This document shows positions 47,534-56,507 of a stretch of 64,000 nt of DNA, piece by piece. This stretch comes from Candidatus Bathyarchaeia archaeon. Its GTDB lineage: Archaea; Thermoproteota; Bathyarchaeia; 40CM-2-53-6. Location: contig JBEKVV010000002.1 in the NCBI GenBank assembly GCA_049513715.1, positions 160,001-224,000 of the forward strand, in the 5' to 3' direction. How positions within the stretch are numbered: the first letter of the stretch is position 1; every line of letters starts with the position of its first letter. The notes under the pieces were generated by a model that saw only the letters and a program-made list of their open reading frames with translations, made no database searches and was not told the origin of the DNA. The position numbers and the translations under genes are program-made.

Positions 47534-48253
47534 TCATGCCTGTTCACCCAGAATGATCCTGGCATCAACTATGCTTGCGCCATGCGCGTAGGCCATCACA
47601 GGGTTCAAGTCTACTTGGCTGATTATGGAATTTTCCGTTATCATGCGTGAAGTCCCACAGAGAATTACGTTGATTGCGTCTTGGTCGGCCGGTGGCCGAC
47701 CCCTGAATTCCTCTAAGGCTGCGTATGAATGGATTTCACGTATCATGTCACGGGCATCAAGTTCGGTTATGGGGGCCACTCTGAAGGAAGCATCCTTCAG
47801 AACCTCAACGAAGATTCCGCCCAAACCGAACAGAACAGTAGCGCCGAATTGACTGTCCCTTATGCCCCCCACAATGACTTCAAGACCCTGTTCGGCCATA
47901 TGCTGCACAAGAACTCCGTCGATGCGTGCATTCGGCTTGTATGTCTTAGCCGAAGAAACAACATGCTCGAAACCGTCCTCAACTTCTGGTCGAGACCTCA
48001 GGTTTAGCAGTACACCACCTGCCTCCGTCTTGTGAAGAATGTCTTGCGAAACGATTTTGAGGACCACTGGGAACCCCAGCTTCTCTGCCATTTCCGCGGC
48101 ATCAGATGAGTTCGTGGAAACATCGAACTCAGGCATCGGCATCCCGTACGCCTGGCAGACCATTTTGGCTTCAGGCTCAAGCAGCGCGCTTCTTTTCTCT
48201 TCGACAGCTTTCTGAATGATGCGCTCGACGATAGTAGGCAATTCAGTCAACAT
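47534..48253 (-). CDS. acdB: ADP-forming acyl-CoA synthetase beta subunit (ATP-grasp)
   Basis: GFPVVLKIVS..ILHKTEAGGV, FGLGGIFVEVLKD, DLNPV, DARI. Confidence 0.92.
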   Translation of the reverse strand: MLTELPTIVERIIQKAVEEKRSALLEPEAKMVCQAYGMPMPEFDVSTNSSDAAEMAEKLGFPVVLKIVSQDILHKTEAGGVLLNLRSRPEVEDGFEHVVSSAKTYKPNARIDGVLVQHMAEQGLEVIVGGIRDSQFGATVLFGLGGIFVEVLKDASFRVAPITELDARDMIREIHSYAALEEFRGRPPADQDAINVILCGTSRMITENSIISQVDLNPVMAYAHGASIVDARIILGEQA

Positions 48254-48389
48254 TCACCAGGAGAGGGCGTCATGTATAACGTCACCGCTCAAACTGAAGA
48301 TGATTCGCATCCGCGTGAATCTATGCGCCGGCGAATACATTCAACTTTGACGGAAGTTTCCTACGGCGTGTGAAGTTCCGAGATTATGA

Positions 48390-49154
48390 TTATGACGAGA
48401 CTTCTTCTCCGCCGGTTAGAATTCTTGTGACGGCGCCGTTCAGTTCCACGAATCCTGCATTGGTGCTTGAGGATACGGGGATGGGTTCGGATAGTAGTCC
48501 TGTGGAGAATATTGAGTCCGCCAGGTTTCTTGTGATTAGGGAGAGGTTCTTTTCCTCTACTTCTCGAAGGGATGATTCGAAAGACTCGGGCTCGGTTACC
48601 CATGAGACTATCCTTTGTATCTCATGTTCTTGGATGAGGTCGGTTTTCGAGAGGACGTAGACTTGTGGGTGGTTGATTCGGCTGTATATGGCGGCGGCTA
48701 GGAAGATGTTGGAGACGAAGTTTAGTGGGTGTCGTGTGAAGGGTGCATCCATAAGGTAAATGATCGCGTGATTCTCATCGCCCAGCCCCTTTGTTATGAA
48801 GCGCCCGCCTTCTCTGAAAGCGAACAGCTCGATCTGCCCTGGTGTGTCGACTAGGAGGATGTCTGGGTCGGCGGCTTCAATCTCATCCCGCATATCCTCC
48901 AAGTTGTCGGCGATCAAATCCGACGCCATGATTAACGCCCCATTCGGGCCAAGCTGATATTCCTCCATTAGCTTCTGTATGTCCACGTACTTGCGGGCGT
49001 CAATGTCAGGATTGTACGGTAGTGCAGTTGCGCCCGGATCTAAGTTCGCGACGAGAACATCTTGATCGCTATTCCTCAACCATTCCGAGTAAGCAGCGGT
49101 TAGGGAGGATTTCCCGGAACCCGCCATTCCAACAACGAACACAGCATGCGTCAT
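48390..49154 (-). CDS. GPN-loop GTPase
   Basis: GMAGSGKS, NLDPG, LGPNGAL, DTPGQIELF. Confidence 0.92.
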   Translation of the reverse strand: MTHAVFVVGMAGSGKSSLTAAYSEWLRNSDQDVLVANLDPGATALPYNPDIDARKYVDIQKLMEEYQLGPNGALIMASDLIADNLEDMRDEIEAADPDILLVDTPGQIELFAFREGGRFITKGLGDENHAIIYLMDAPFTRHPLNFVSNIFLAAAIYSRINHPQVYVLSKTDLIQEHEIQRIVSWVTEPESFESSLREVEEKNLSLITRNLADSIFSTGLLSEPIPVSSSTNAGFVELNGAVTRILTGGEEVSS

Positions 49155-49510
49155 CTGCAGTCAGGCAGGATAACGTGGATGCGATGTATGAAGCCTGCTG
49201 ATACAAGCCGCCGCTAATGGATGAACCTTCGATGCGCAATTAGCAATTCCCATCGCAACTGCGCAAAGAATCCGGCCTCTCACGCTCACACCGGGAGCTG
49301 TGAGTCGCCTGCGTCGGAGACAAATACAACTTAGTCAATTGGTTTTTTTGGGCCAAACCCCACATAACCGCGCCCAAACACCCAACCAGCTCCAAAACAA
49401 AACGAGCCACAACGCCCCCCCAAGCCGATTACCCGTCCCCACAAAAGTCAGTCCCCCACCCGCCCTCCTCTCAAGCAGGCGCGTACGGCCACCAAAACCC
49501 GGCCAGGCAT

Positions 49511-50317
49511 CTATCGTTGAGTGAGCTTTGCGTGTGAACTTCTCAGGGCCTTCGAAAGGTTCGAGGCTGCACTTTGAACATCTCGCTCTGCCCTCATCGC
49601 GTTCTCCGATGTGGTTGAGAAGTGTAATTCAATGAACGGCTTACCAGCCTCCACCCCCCGCGGGTGGGACTTAATGTAGACCCGTGGCCAACGTTCCATC
49701 ACGCGGTCTATCATTGGCGCCAACGCGGACTCCATGATCCCTTGAACAAGAATCCATTTCTCCAAGAACACCGTCCCCGCTGCCTTCGACCTCACTGCCT
49801 TCGCCACTGAGCCCCTGAAAATACCCTTCGCCTCCTTAGGTACACCGGGCAACACAAACACCTCAATCCTATGAACCGTCAGCCTCACACCTGGAGCCGT
49901 ACCCGCAGGGTTTCGCAACGGAACGCTCCCCTTCGGGATCACCGCCATCTTCACCCGCGGCTTCGTCAGCTGCATCGTCTCCCCCGGAAACCGGCGCGCG
50001 TAATGCGCACGAACCATCGCCAAAGCGTTCACGTCAAGCCTCAAGCGCAACCGAAAAGCTGCAGCAACGCCTTTCAAAGTCATATCATCGAACGTGGGCC
50101 CAATCCCACCCGTCGTAATCAGGAAGCTCGGTTTTCTTCGAACCGCCTCCCGAACGGCATCAACTATCTCCCTTAGGTCATCGGCAACGGTCGTGATCCG
50201 AGTAACTTTCCCACCGAGCGAAGTAACTTGGGCCGCAATCCAGGACGCGTTGGTGTTGACCGTGTTCCCAAGTAGGAGCTCGTTTCCTATGGATAATATT
50301 TCAACGGCGCATGGCAA
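49511..50317 (-). CDS. CinA N-terminal-like molybdopterin-binding-domain protein
   Basis: IGNELLLG..VNTN, TGGIGPTFDDMT, NPAGTAPG, LPGVPKE, YIKSHP. Confidence 0.88.
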   Translation of the reverse strand: MPCAVEILSIGNELLLGNTVNTNASWIAAQVTSLGGKVTRITTVADDLREIVDAVREAVRRKPSFLITTGGIGPTFDDMTLKGVAAAFRLRLRLDVNALAMVRAHYARRFPGETMQLTKPRVKMAVIPKGSVPLRNPAGTAPGVRLTVHRIEVFVLPGVPKEAKGIFRGSVAKAVRSKAAGTVFLEKWILVQGIMESALAPMIDRVMERWPRVYIKSHPRGVEAGKPFIELHFSTTSENAMRAERDVQSAASNLSKALRSSHAKLTQR

Positions 50318-50433
50318 TTCTGAACAGCCTCAACCAAGGCCGTCACATTCGAATGCCGACGGTTAAACAGTATTCTCTACTAGGATAAGGGTAGCAGGGA
50401 ACGTTTTTCTCAGAATGTGGGGTCCTGAGGGTT

Positions 50434-50646
50434 TCAATCGCCTTTTTTCGAGAGCCACCATTTCAGGTAGTCGTTCTGGCGTCGTTTCCTTTGCTCTTCA
50501 GGGCTCTCTCTTTCCCGAATTTTCATTCTGCCTTCCATCAACTGTTGGGAGTTCACGGTGAGCCCACAGCTTTTGCACGTGTACTGCTTCAGGGCGCTGT
50601 CGTAACTTAGGACGCCGCCACACTCTAGACAATAGTTAGTGGTCAC
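50434..50646 (-). CDS. Small zinc-ribbon protein
   Basis: CLECGG...CKSCG, then charged helix ending YLKWWLSKK. Confidence 0.7.
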   Translation of the reverse strand: MTTNYCLECGGVLSYDSALKQYTCKSCGLTVNSQQLMEGRMKIRERESPEEQRKRRQNDYLKWWLSKKGD

Positions 50647-50704
50647 TTTGAACTGTTTCTCCGAGTTTGTAACTGAAACTCGCGGTAGTTAAACCTGTAG
50701 CAGC

Positions 50705-52483
50705 TTATTCAGTCGCAGAAACGTAATAGAATTCCCCGGAACTTTTCTGTTCTTTATCCAACTTGCTATCCAGCTTATTTATTCGCGGCCGCTTCGTTTC
50801 CGGATCTCGCCTGAACGTTGTCCCCATGTCAGCGAGGAAGAGGTTCATGGCCTCGCGTAGTGGCAGCGGCTTCGAGCCATGCCCATTCTTGCTTGCAACA
50901 CCGCTGAAAACCATCATGCGGTCGGCGAGGAAATCCTGCGCCACAATATCATGCTCCACAACGAAAGCGAAAGCCTGACGCGAGTCGACCAAATGCCTCA
51001 ACGCTCTCGCCACGTTCAACCTCTCCTCAACATCGAGAAAAGCGCTCGGCTCGTCTATGAGGTAGACTTGCGCCTTCTTTCCTAAGCATGAAGCAATTGC
51101 CACACGTTGAAGCTCCCCACCACTAAGTTTCTTAATCTCCCGTTCCAGCAATTTATTGATTGATAGGGGCCGAATTACCTCATCCGTGAACAGGGCGGAG
51201 GAGTAGTCGTCCGCGGTTGCGGTTAGAAGTTGCTCCACCGACCCTTCATAATCCGATGAGATATACTGAGGTTTGTAACTGACCAGGAATTCATTCATGC
51301 TGGTCCTGTTGTAGTACTCCAAGAGTTCTTTGACGAACGTGGTCTTCCCAATCCCGTTTGGCCCAACAATTCCTACAATATCGCCCGCATTCATGTAGCC
51401 CGCGTCCACCTCAACACTGAAGTTGCCTAGCGTTTTCGAAATCTTCGGCCATTCCAGCCTAGCCTCTGTCTCGACACTGGTTTCGCGGGGGGGCCTTACG
51501 TGGAACCGAATCGGCTCGTCTCTGAAACGCATGTTTTCGTCTGGGAGGAATCCAGTCAGGTAATCGTTGATTCCACCTCTTGTGGGGTGTCCGTGGGATA
51601 CGACGCCGTACGAGCTTGGTTGGCCATAAACCAGGTAGATCTCATCCGAAAGGTAATCCAACATTGCCAAGTCGTGTTCTGCAACGAGCACAGACTTGCC
51701 TTCATCGACCAATGTTCGAATGGTTCTGGCGGTTCGAATTCTTTGGTAAATGTCCAGGTGGCTTGAGGGTTCATCGAAAACGTACACATCCGCCGCCCTC
51801 GACATGGCCGCGGCTATGGCGACGCGCTGCAGTTCGCCGCCACTGAGAACCTTCACATCCCGATCAAGAAGTGGCTTCAGCTCCAGTTCCTCTATCAGTG
51901 CCGGAAGTTTTCCTCGCTCATCCGCCCTCTTCAGTATCCCGCCAATTTTCCCCTCAAGCAGCGACCCGATTTTGTCGACGTGTTGGGGCTTATGGATGAC
52001 TTTGAGTTTCTTCTCTGAAACCTTCCCAAAGTATTCGTAAAGTAATGTTCCCCGGTACCTTGAAAGAACGTTCTCCCAACTCGTCTTGGTTTCGAGTTCA
52101 CCGAAGTTGGGGGTCAGTTCTCCAGCTAAGATGTTGAGTGCTGTGCTCTTTCCAGTTCCATTTCTGCCGATCAAGCCGATGACGGTTCCGCTGCGTGGAA
52201 CTGGAAGCCTGAAAAGTTTGAACTCGTTCACGCCGTAGCTGTGAATGCACTCCCCGTCGAGTTCTTGTGGCAGTTTGACGATGCTTATGGCGTCGAAGGG
52301 GCACTTTTTGATGCAAATCCCACAACCGGTACAGAGCTCTTCGTCGATGATCGGCTTCTTCTCGCCGGCGACGAATTTTATCGCGTATCGTCTATTCAGA
52401 ACCTCGGGGCAGAACCTGTAGCAAGGGATTCCGCAGTCATCCGGTTTGCAATGTTCCTTGTCAAGTGTGGCTACACGTATCAT
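50705..52483 (-). CDS. rli: ABCE1/Rli1 ribosome recycling ATPase
   Basis: N-terminal FeS domain (CTGCGICIKKCPF), two NBDs with LSGGELQR, YKPQY. Confidence 0.97.
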   Translation of the reverse strand: MIRVATLDKEHCKPDDCGIPCYRFCPEVLNRRYAIKFVAGEKKPIIDEELCTGCGICIKKCPFDAISIVKLPQELDGECIHSYGVNEFKLFRLPVPRSGTVIGLIGRNGTGKSTALNILAGELTPNFGELETKTSWENVLSRYRGTLLYEYFGKVSEKKLKVIHKPQHVDKIGSLLEGKIGGILKRADERGKLPALIEELELKPLLDRDVKVLSGGELQRVAIAAAMSRAADVYVFDEPSSHLDIYQRIRTARTIRTLVDEGKSVLVAEHDLAMLDYLSDEIYLVYGQPSSYGVVSHGHPTRGGINDYLTGFLPDENMRFRDEPIRFHVRPPRETSVETEARLEWPKISKTLGNFSVEVDAGYMNAGDIVGIVGPNGIGKTTFVKELLEYYNRTSMNEFLVSYKPQYISSDYEGSVEQLLTATADDYSSALFTDEVIRPLSINKLLEREIKKLSGGELQRVAIASCLGKKAQVYLIDEPSAFLDVEERLNVARALRHLVDSRQAFAFVVEHDIVAQDFLADRMMVFSGVASKNGHGSKPLPLREAMNLFLADMGTTFRRDPETKRPRINKLDSKLDKEQKSSGEFYYVSATE

Positions 52484-52564
52484 GGATTAACCTCCGTTGA
52501 AAGGGAAAGTTGAATTCTCGCTAATGATTCGATAAAACAGACGGAGTCTTGAGGCTGTGTTCAG

Positions 52565-52663
52565 TTACCACTCCTCTTCTTCTCCCCATCCCTCTTCTTC
52601 TCCCCACTCATCGTCTGTCCAGTCATCTTCTTCGCCATTGTCCCAGTTATCTTCTTCACTCAC
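52565..52663 (-). CDS. 32-aa acidic Trp-repeat microprotein (below ORF-track cut-off)
   Basis: GTG at 52663 to TAA at 52565: MSEEDNWDNGEEDDWTDDEWGEEEGWGEEEEW; TATA-like TTAAAG upstream. Confidence 0.65.
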   Translation of the reverse strand: MSEEDNWDNGEEDDWTDDEWGEEEGWGEEEEW

Positions 52664-52694
52664 GAGAAAAATCTCCGAGGCGAAAGCACGCCTA

Positions 52695-52711
52695 CCCCCC
52701 CTAGGGGGGGG
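52695..52711. promoter_or_regulatory. C7-TA-G8 palindrome between the TATA-like element and the microprotein/ABCE1 genes
   Basis: ccccccc-ta-gggggggg directly next to ctttaag (52713-52719). Confidence 0.4.
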
Positions 52712-52805
52712 TCTTTAAGATTTTTGGCTGATTTTGGGACATTTCCTGTTCTCAGATCAGTACACCTTCAATCAACTTTGCGCAATGGAGTTCAGGTCGG
52801 ACAAG

Positions 52806-53762
52806 CTAGTTTAGGGCTGCGACAATCTTCCCACGAGCCTTTGCAACATGATCCTTTGAGTTCGCGTGGGCCAGTGCCCATGGCATGTATGGGGTGTTGT
52901 GGACAGCGGCTACTCTGCCCTTTCGGTCGATTGCGATTACTCCGGCTGCGCCGTTTAGGCGTTGTGACGCAGATCTCACAGCCTGCGTAGCGGCTTTCTC
53001 GGCAGCAAGCCCTTGCTCCATCAGGAGGCAGACGGTCTTCGACAGGGTCAATCTGATGGCTATCTCGCCTACGCCTGTTACGGTTGCGGCGCCGGCAAGG
53101 TTGTCCGCATAGAGCCCGGACCCAATTTGGGGGGTATCCCCTATCCTCCCAGGCAGTTTCATCATCACTCCGCCCGTCGATGATGCAGCAGCAAAATTGG
53201 CCTCGGAGTCCACGGCAACAGCGCCTACAGTGTCACCTAGGATTTCCGGGTGAGCCTTCAGCAATTCCGGGTTATTCTTCACCCAACGAACCCTCTGTTT
53301 TCTGGTTCCACTCCTCAGTTGCCTCAGCATCTTTTGCCTCTCTTTGGTGACGGGGTTTCGTCTTGGTAGGTGAAAGGCGTCAGCCAGTTTCTCAGCCACA
53401 GCGCCCGAGAGTACAACATGGTCGGTTTTCTCCATCACGAGGCGGGCTAGTTGAACAGGGTTCTTGACTGTCCGGACCAGGGCGACGGCGCCTGCGGAGA
53501 GGTCTCTGCCGTCCATTATGGAGGCGTCCAGCTCCGCTGTTCCCGTGACCGTCAGGGATGCTCCAAGTCCTGCGTTGAAGACAGGGTTATCCTCCATGAC
53601 CTTGACTGCTGCCATTACGGCATCCAGTGCAGACCCACCTTTCGATAGAATCTCCGCGCCACATGAGGCAGCGTTTCCCACTCCCACCACTCCTTTGCGT
53701 ATCGCCTTCCCCCAGAACCCAGCACCGCCATGAACAAGGATCGTTCCTCTCACCATGATCAC
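52806..53762 (-). CDS. Isoaspartyl peptidase/L-asparaginase (Ntn hydrolase)
   Basis: VHGGAG, FNAG.G, DASIMDG, DTVGAVA, STGG, GRIGDTP..GSGLYA. Confidence 0.94.
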   Translation of the reverse strand: MIMVRGTILVHGGAGFWGKAIRKGVVGVGNAASCGAEILSKGGSALDAVMAAVKVMEDNPVFNAGLGASLTVTGTAELDASIMDGRDLSAGAVALVRTVKNPVQLARLVMEKTDHVVLSGAVAEKLADAFHLPRRNPVTKERQKMLRQLRSGTRKQRVRWVKNNPELLKAHPEILGDTVGAVAVDSEANFAAASSTGGVMMKLPGRIGDTPQIGSGLYADNLAGAATVTGVGEIAIRLTLSKTVCLLMEQGLAAEKAATQAVRSASQRLNGAAGVIAIDRKGRVAAVHNTPYMPWALAHANSKDHVAKARGKIVAALN

Positions 53763-53853
53763 CGATTATTGTAGAGTAGTTATCCGTCAGAATGAAGCCA
53801 TTCCGTGTACCGGACTAATCTTTAAGCAATTTGCGCATTTGTTGAGGTAAGAG

Positions 53854-54495
53854 TTGGTTAGCTGTTTGGTCCGTGTGCTGAAAGCTGACATGGACGGGTT
53901 AGCGGCAGCCGCTGCTGTTGTCTCTAACGGGGGAATCATATGCTATCCAACAGACACAGTGTACGGGTTGGGTTGCAACCCACTCAACACCCTGGCAATT
54001 GAGAAAGTCATCAAAGCGAAAGGCTCCAGAACAAAAACGATGCCAGTCCTTGTTGGAGGACTTGAGGACGCGGAAAGGATTGCTCATTTCTCAGGCGGCG
54101 CGAGGAGGCTTGCCAAGAAATTCTGGCCTGGTCCACTAACGATTGTGCTGCCCGCGAAGGAGGCCGTTCCTCAACTTCTTGCGCCGGAACGAACGGTTGG
54201 GGTCAGGTCGCCTAAACACCCCATTTGCCTAGACCTACTGGGGCTATGTTCTGGAAAGTTGGTGGGGACCAGCGCTAACCTGAATGGAAAGCCTCCCGCA
54301 ATCGAAGCGGGGGATGCTGTAATATCTCTCGGCGATAGTGTCGACCTAGTGCTTGACGGCGGTAAATCTCCGATCGGAGTTTCCTCCACGGTAGCCGACC
54401 TAACCAAGGACCGGCTCATAATTCTTCGGGAGGGGCCAATTGCTAAGCGAGAGATTATGCAGTGCTTGAAAAGTCGAGGCCAAGATAGCTATTAA
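53854..54495 (+). CDS. sua5: Threonylcarbamoyl-AMP synthase, single-domain TsaC/Sua5
   Basis: YPTDTVYGLG, FWPGPLT, TSAN, SSTV, LREGPI. Confidence 0.92.
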   Translation: MVSCLVRVLKADMDGLAAAAAVVSNGGIICYPTDTVYGLGCNPLNTLAIEKVIKAKGSRTKTMPVLVGGLEDAERIAHFSGGARRLAKKFWPGPLTIVLPAKEAVPQLLAPERTVGVRSPKHPICLDLLGLCSGKLVGTSANLNGKPPAIEAGDAVISLGDSVDLVLDGGKSPIGVSSTVADLTKDRLIILREGPIAKREIMQCLKSRGQDSY

Positions 54496-54525
54496 CGTGA
54501 AAAGCGTACATCACGCCATTTCCCG

Positions 54526-55062
54526 GTGCCACGTTTGCTAAGCGATTTCAACCTAGTAATCTCCACAAGCAGAGGCAATGAACAGAACACCTGCAGCGAG
54601 ATGTGGTACCTACTCGGTGAGGTCGGAGACCGCGGCTCGTTCATCGAGACCACAGGAGTGATCGGGTTGGTCGTTGCGAAAACAAAACTCGACCCAGTTA
54701 AGGCGATCAGGGATTTGAGGAGTTTGCTGAAGGAGCGACCCTGGGAGTTCAAGTATACACTCAAACTGGTTCCAATCCAAAAAGTGGTCGAAGCCCAGTT
54801 GCCACAACTTCAAGAGGCTGCCGTGGCGCTTGCGAGTGGAATTGCGCCGAAAGAGAAATTCCGGATCACAGTCGAGAAGCGGCACACCGACCTTTCCAGC
54901 AAAACAATAATCGATACAGTGGCCAAGAAAATAGAGCGAACAGTCAACCTCGATTCACCTGACAAGATTGTTCTGATTGAGATTATTAGTCAGCGGGCGG
55001 GTTTAGCTCTAATAACGCAGGACGATATTCTTTCAATCGAAAAGGCCAAGCGGGCAGCTTGA
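54526..55062 (+). CDS. THUMP-domain protein (Tan1-like)
   Basis: FRITVEKRHT, VNLDSPDKIVLIEI. Confidence 0.85.
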   Translation: MPRLLSDFNLVISTSRGNEQNTCSEMWYLLGEVGDRGSFIETTGVIGLVVAKTKLDPVKAIRDLRSLLKERPWEFKYTLKLVPIQKVVEAQLPQLQEAAVALASGIAPKEKFRITVEKRHTDLSSKTIIDTVAKKIERTVNLDSPDKIVLIEIISQRAGLALITQDDILSIEKAKRAA

Positions 55063-55066
55063 TCGA

Positions 55067-55633
55067 TTACTTCTTTATTGTTAACATCGCGGATCTTTCG
55101 GTCGCGAGCTTTTCAACGGCAACCTCAACCCTCTCGTCTTTTCGGAGTGCGGCTTTCAGCTCCAGCTCTCCAATGCCAAAGGTTGACCGAACAGACTCAA
55201 TTCGAGGCTGCGTCCACTGGTTGACCAGTTCGTCGTTGCTCGGTTGCTTGAGAAGTTGGCTCAAGAATTCCCCCGCATCTGCCACTTCTTGCGGTTTAGC
55301 ACCCACGGCAAGCGCAGCGATTTTGCCTGTTTTGCCAGCCACTCCTACTCGTTTGATTGCTTCGCTGATTTGTCTACTGGCAGCAACGTACAGTAGGATC
55401 TCCATGCTCAGGGTCTTGGCTATTGGCTGCTTAGATTGAAATGATTTGACGGCGTTGAGGATCGCGAGTAGCAGATATCGCGAGCCAGCAACTCGGTTCA
55501 GGTCTACTAGCTGCACGCACACTTCGGGAAATCGCTTTCCAACCCCGCCGAGCACTTCGTCTACGTTGTCTAGGTCAATGTTGAACCCTGATATCCAGAC
55601 GTGTTTGGACACTTCGGGCAGTTCTAGGATCAA
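55067..55633 (-). CDS. cgi121: KEOPS subunit Cgi121
   Basis: IAKTLSMEILLYVAASRQISEAIKRVG; C-terminal ERSA. Confidence 0.88.
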   Translation of the reverse strand: MILELPEVSKHVWISGFNIDLDNVDEVLGGVGKRFPEVCVQLVDLNRVAGSRYLLLAILNAVKSFQSKQPIAKTLSMEILLYVAASRQISEAIKRVGVAGKTGKIAALAVGAKPQEVADAGEFLSQLLKQPSNDELVNQWTQPRIESVRSTFGIGELELKAALRKDERVEVAVEKLATERSAMLTIKK

Positions 55634-55636
55634 ATG

Positions 55637-56233
55637 TTATGACCCGTCGCCGGTAAGCTGAATCAACGATTCTATGGTCTTGCTATCGAACCCACATCGG
55701 TCGAGGATTCGGCGAACAGACTCGAGGTCACGCCCCTCTGCCTTCGCCTCTTGGATGAGAAGCTTGGTCACCTCCAGTCTCTCCCAAGGGAAAATGATCC
55801 AATTGGCTGTGGAGTCGGCGAAATAATCGGGTTTGAAAGTACTGTGGGGCTTGAAATAGATGGTAGCCGTCTTGACCCCTGCAGCCCCTTTTTCGAGCAT
55901 GTGCTCCATAGCTACCTTCAGGCTTTTTCCAGTGTCAGAAACGTCATCCACCACCAACACACGCTTCCCCGAAATGTCTTCACCAATTGGTTGCGTGACA
56001 ATTGGTTTGCCCGCGGTCTTGCCTATGCCCACATAGAATTCAATTTTCACATTGACAGTGTGCGTGTTCTCGAGCAGGTCCGATAGAATTCGGCCGGGCG
56101 CCCAACCTCCCCTCGAAACACCGACAATTATGTGGGGGTTGAACCCTGATTTCCGAATCTGGAGCGCCATGTCCATGAGCATTTCGTAGACTCTATCCCA
56201 GCTTGGGGCAACATACGCCCGCGTCTCTGACAT
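55637..56233 (-). CDS. Type I phosphoribosyltransferase (purine PRT-like)
   Basis: GVSRGG, VLVVDDVSDTGKSL, PDYF...WIIFPWE. Confidence 0.9.
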   Translation of the reverse strand: MSETRAYVAPSWDRVYEMLMDMALQIRKSGFNPHIIVGVSRGGWAPGRILSDLLENTHTVNVKIEFYVGIGKTAGKPIVTQPIGEDISGKRVLVVDDVSDTGKSLKVAMEHMLEKGAAGVKTATIYFKPHSTFKPDYFADSTANWIIFPWERLEVTKLLIQEAKAEGRDLESVRRILDRCGFDSKTIESLIQLTGDGS

Positions 56234-56507
56234 CAGGGCACCATTGCTACCGCAGAGATTCCGTTGTTAGTATAAGTGTTGTTGCGGTCAGCGGAGATGC
56301 ATCTCCTCATCTGGCGTGAGGGGCCTCGGTGCAGGTCAGTTAATCCACGTCATGCCGCACTTGAACTAACGCGAACTCTCTTAACAAGCATTCGCAGCGA
56401 CAACCGACAGAGATTGCGAGACAAGTTCGTGAATTTCAGAGTTCAGAAACCTTTTCTGCACCACTCTCCAACCGAATCACAAACTAGAAGCCGGAGAGCG
56501 CGTAAAC

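Noticed and set aside
47534..48253. acdB located about 24 kb from acdA
   Set aside because: Separate alpha and beta ACD genes are ordinary in archaea
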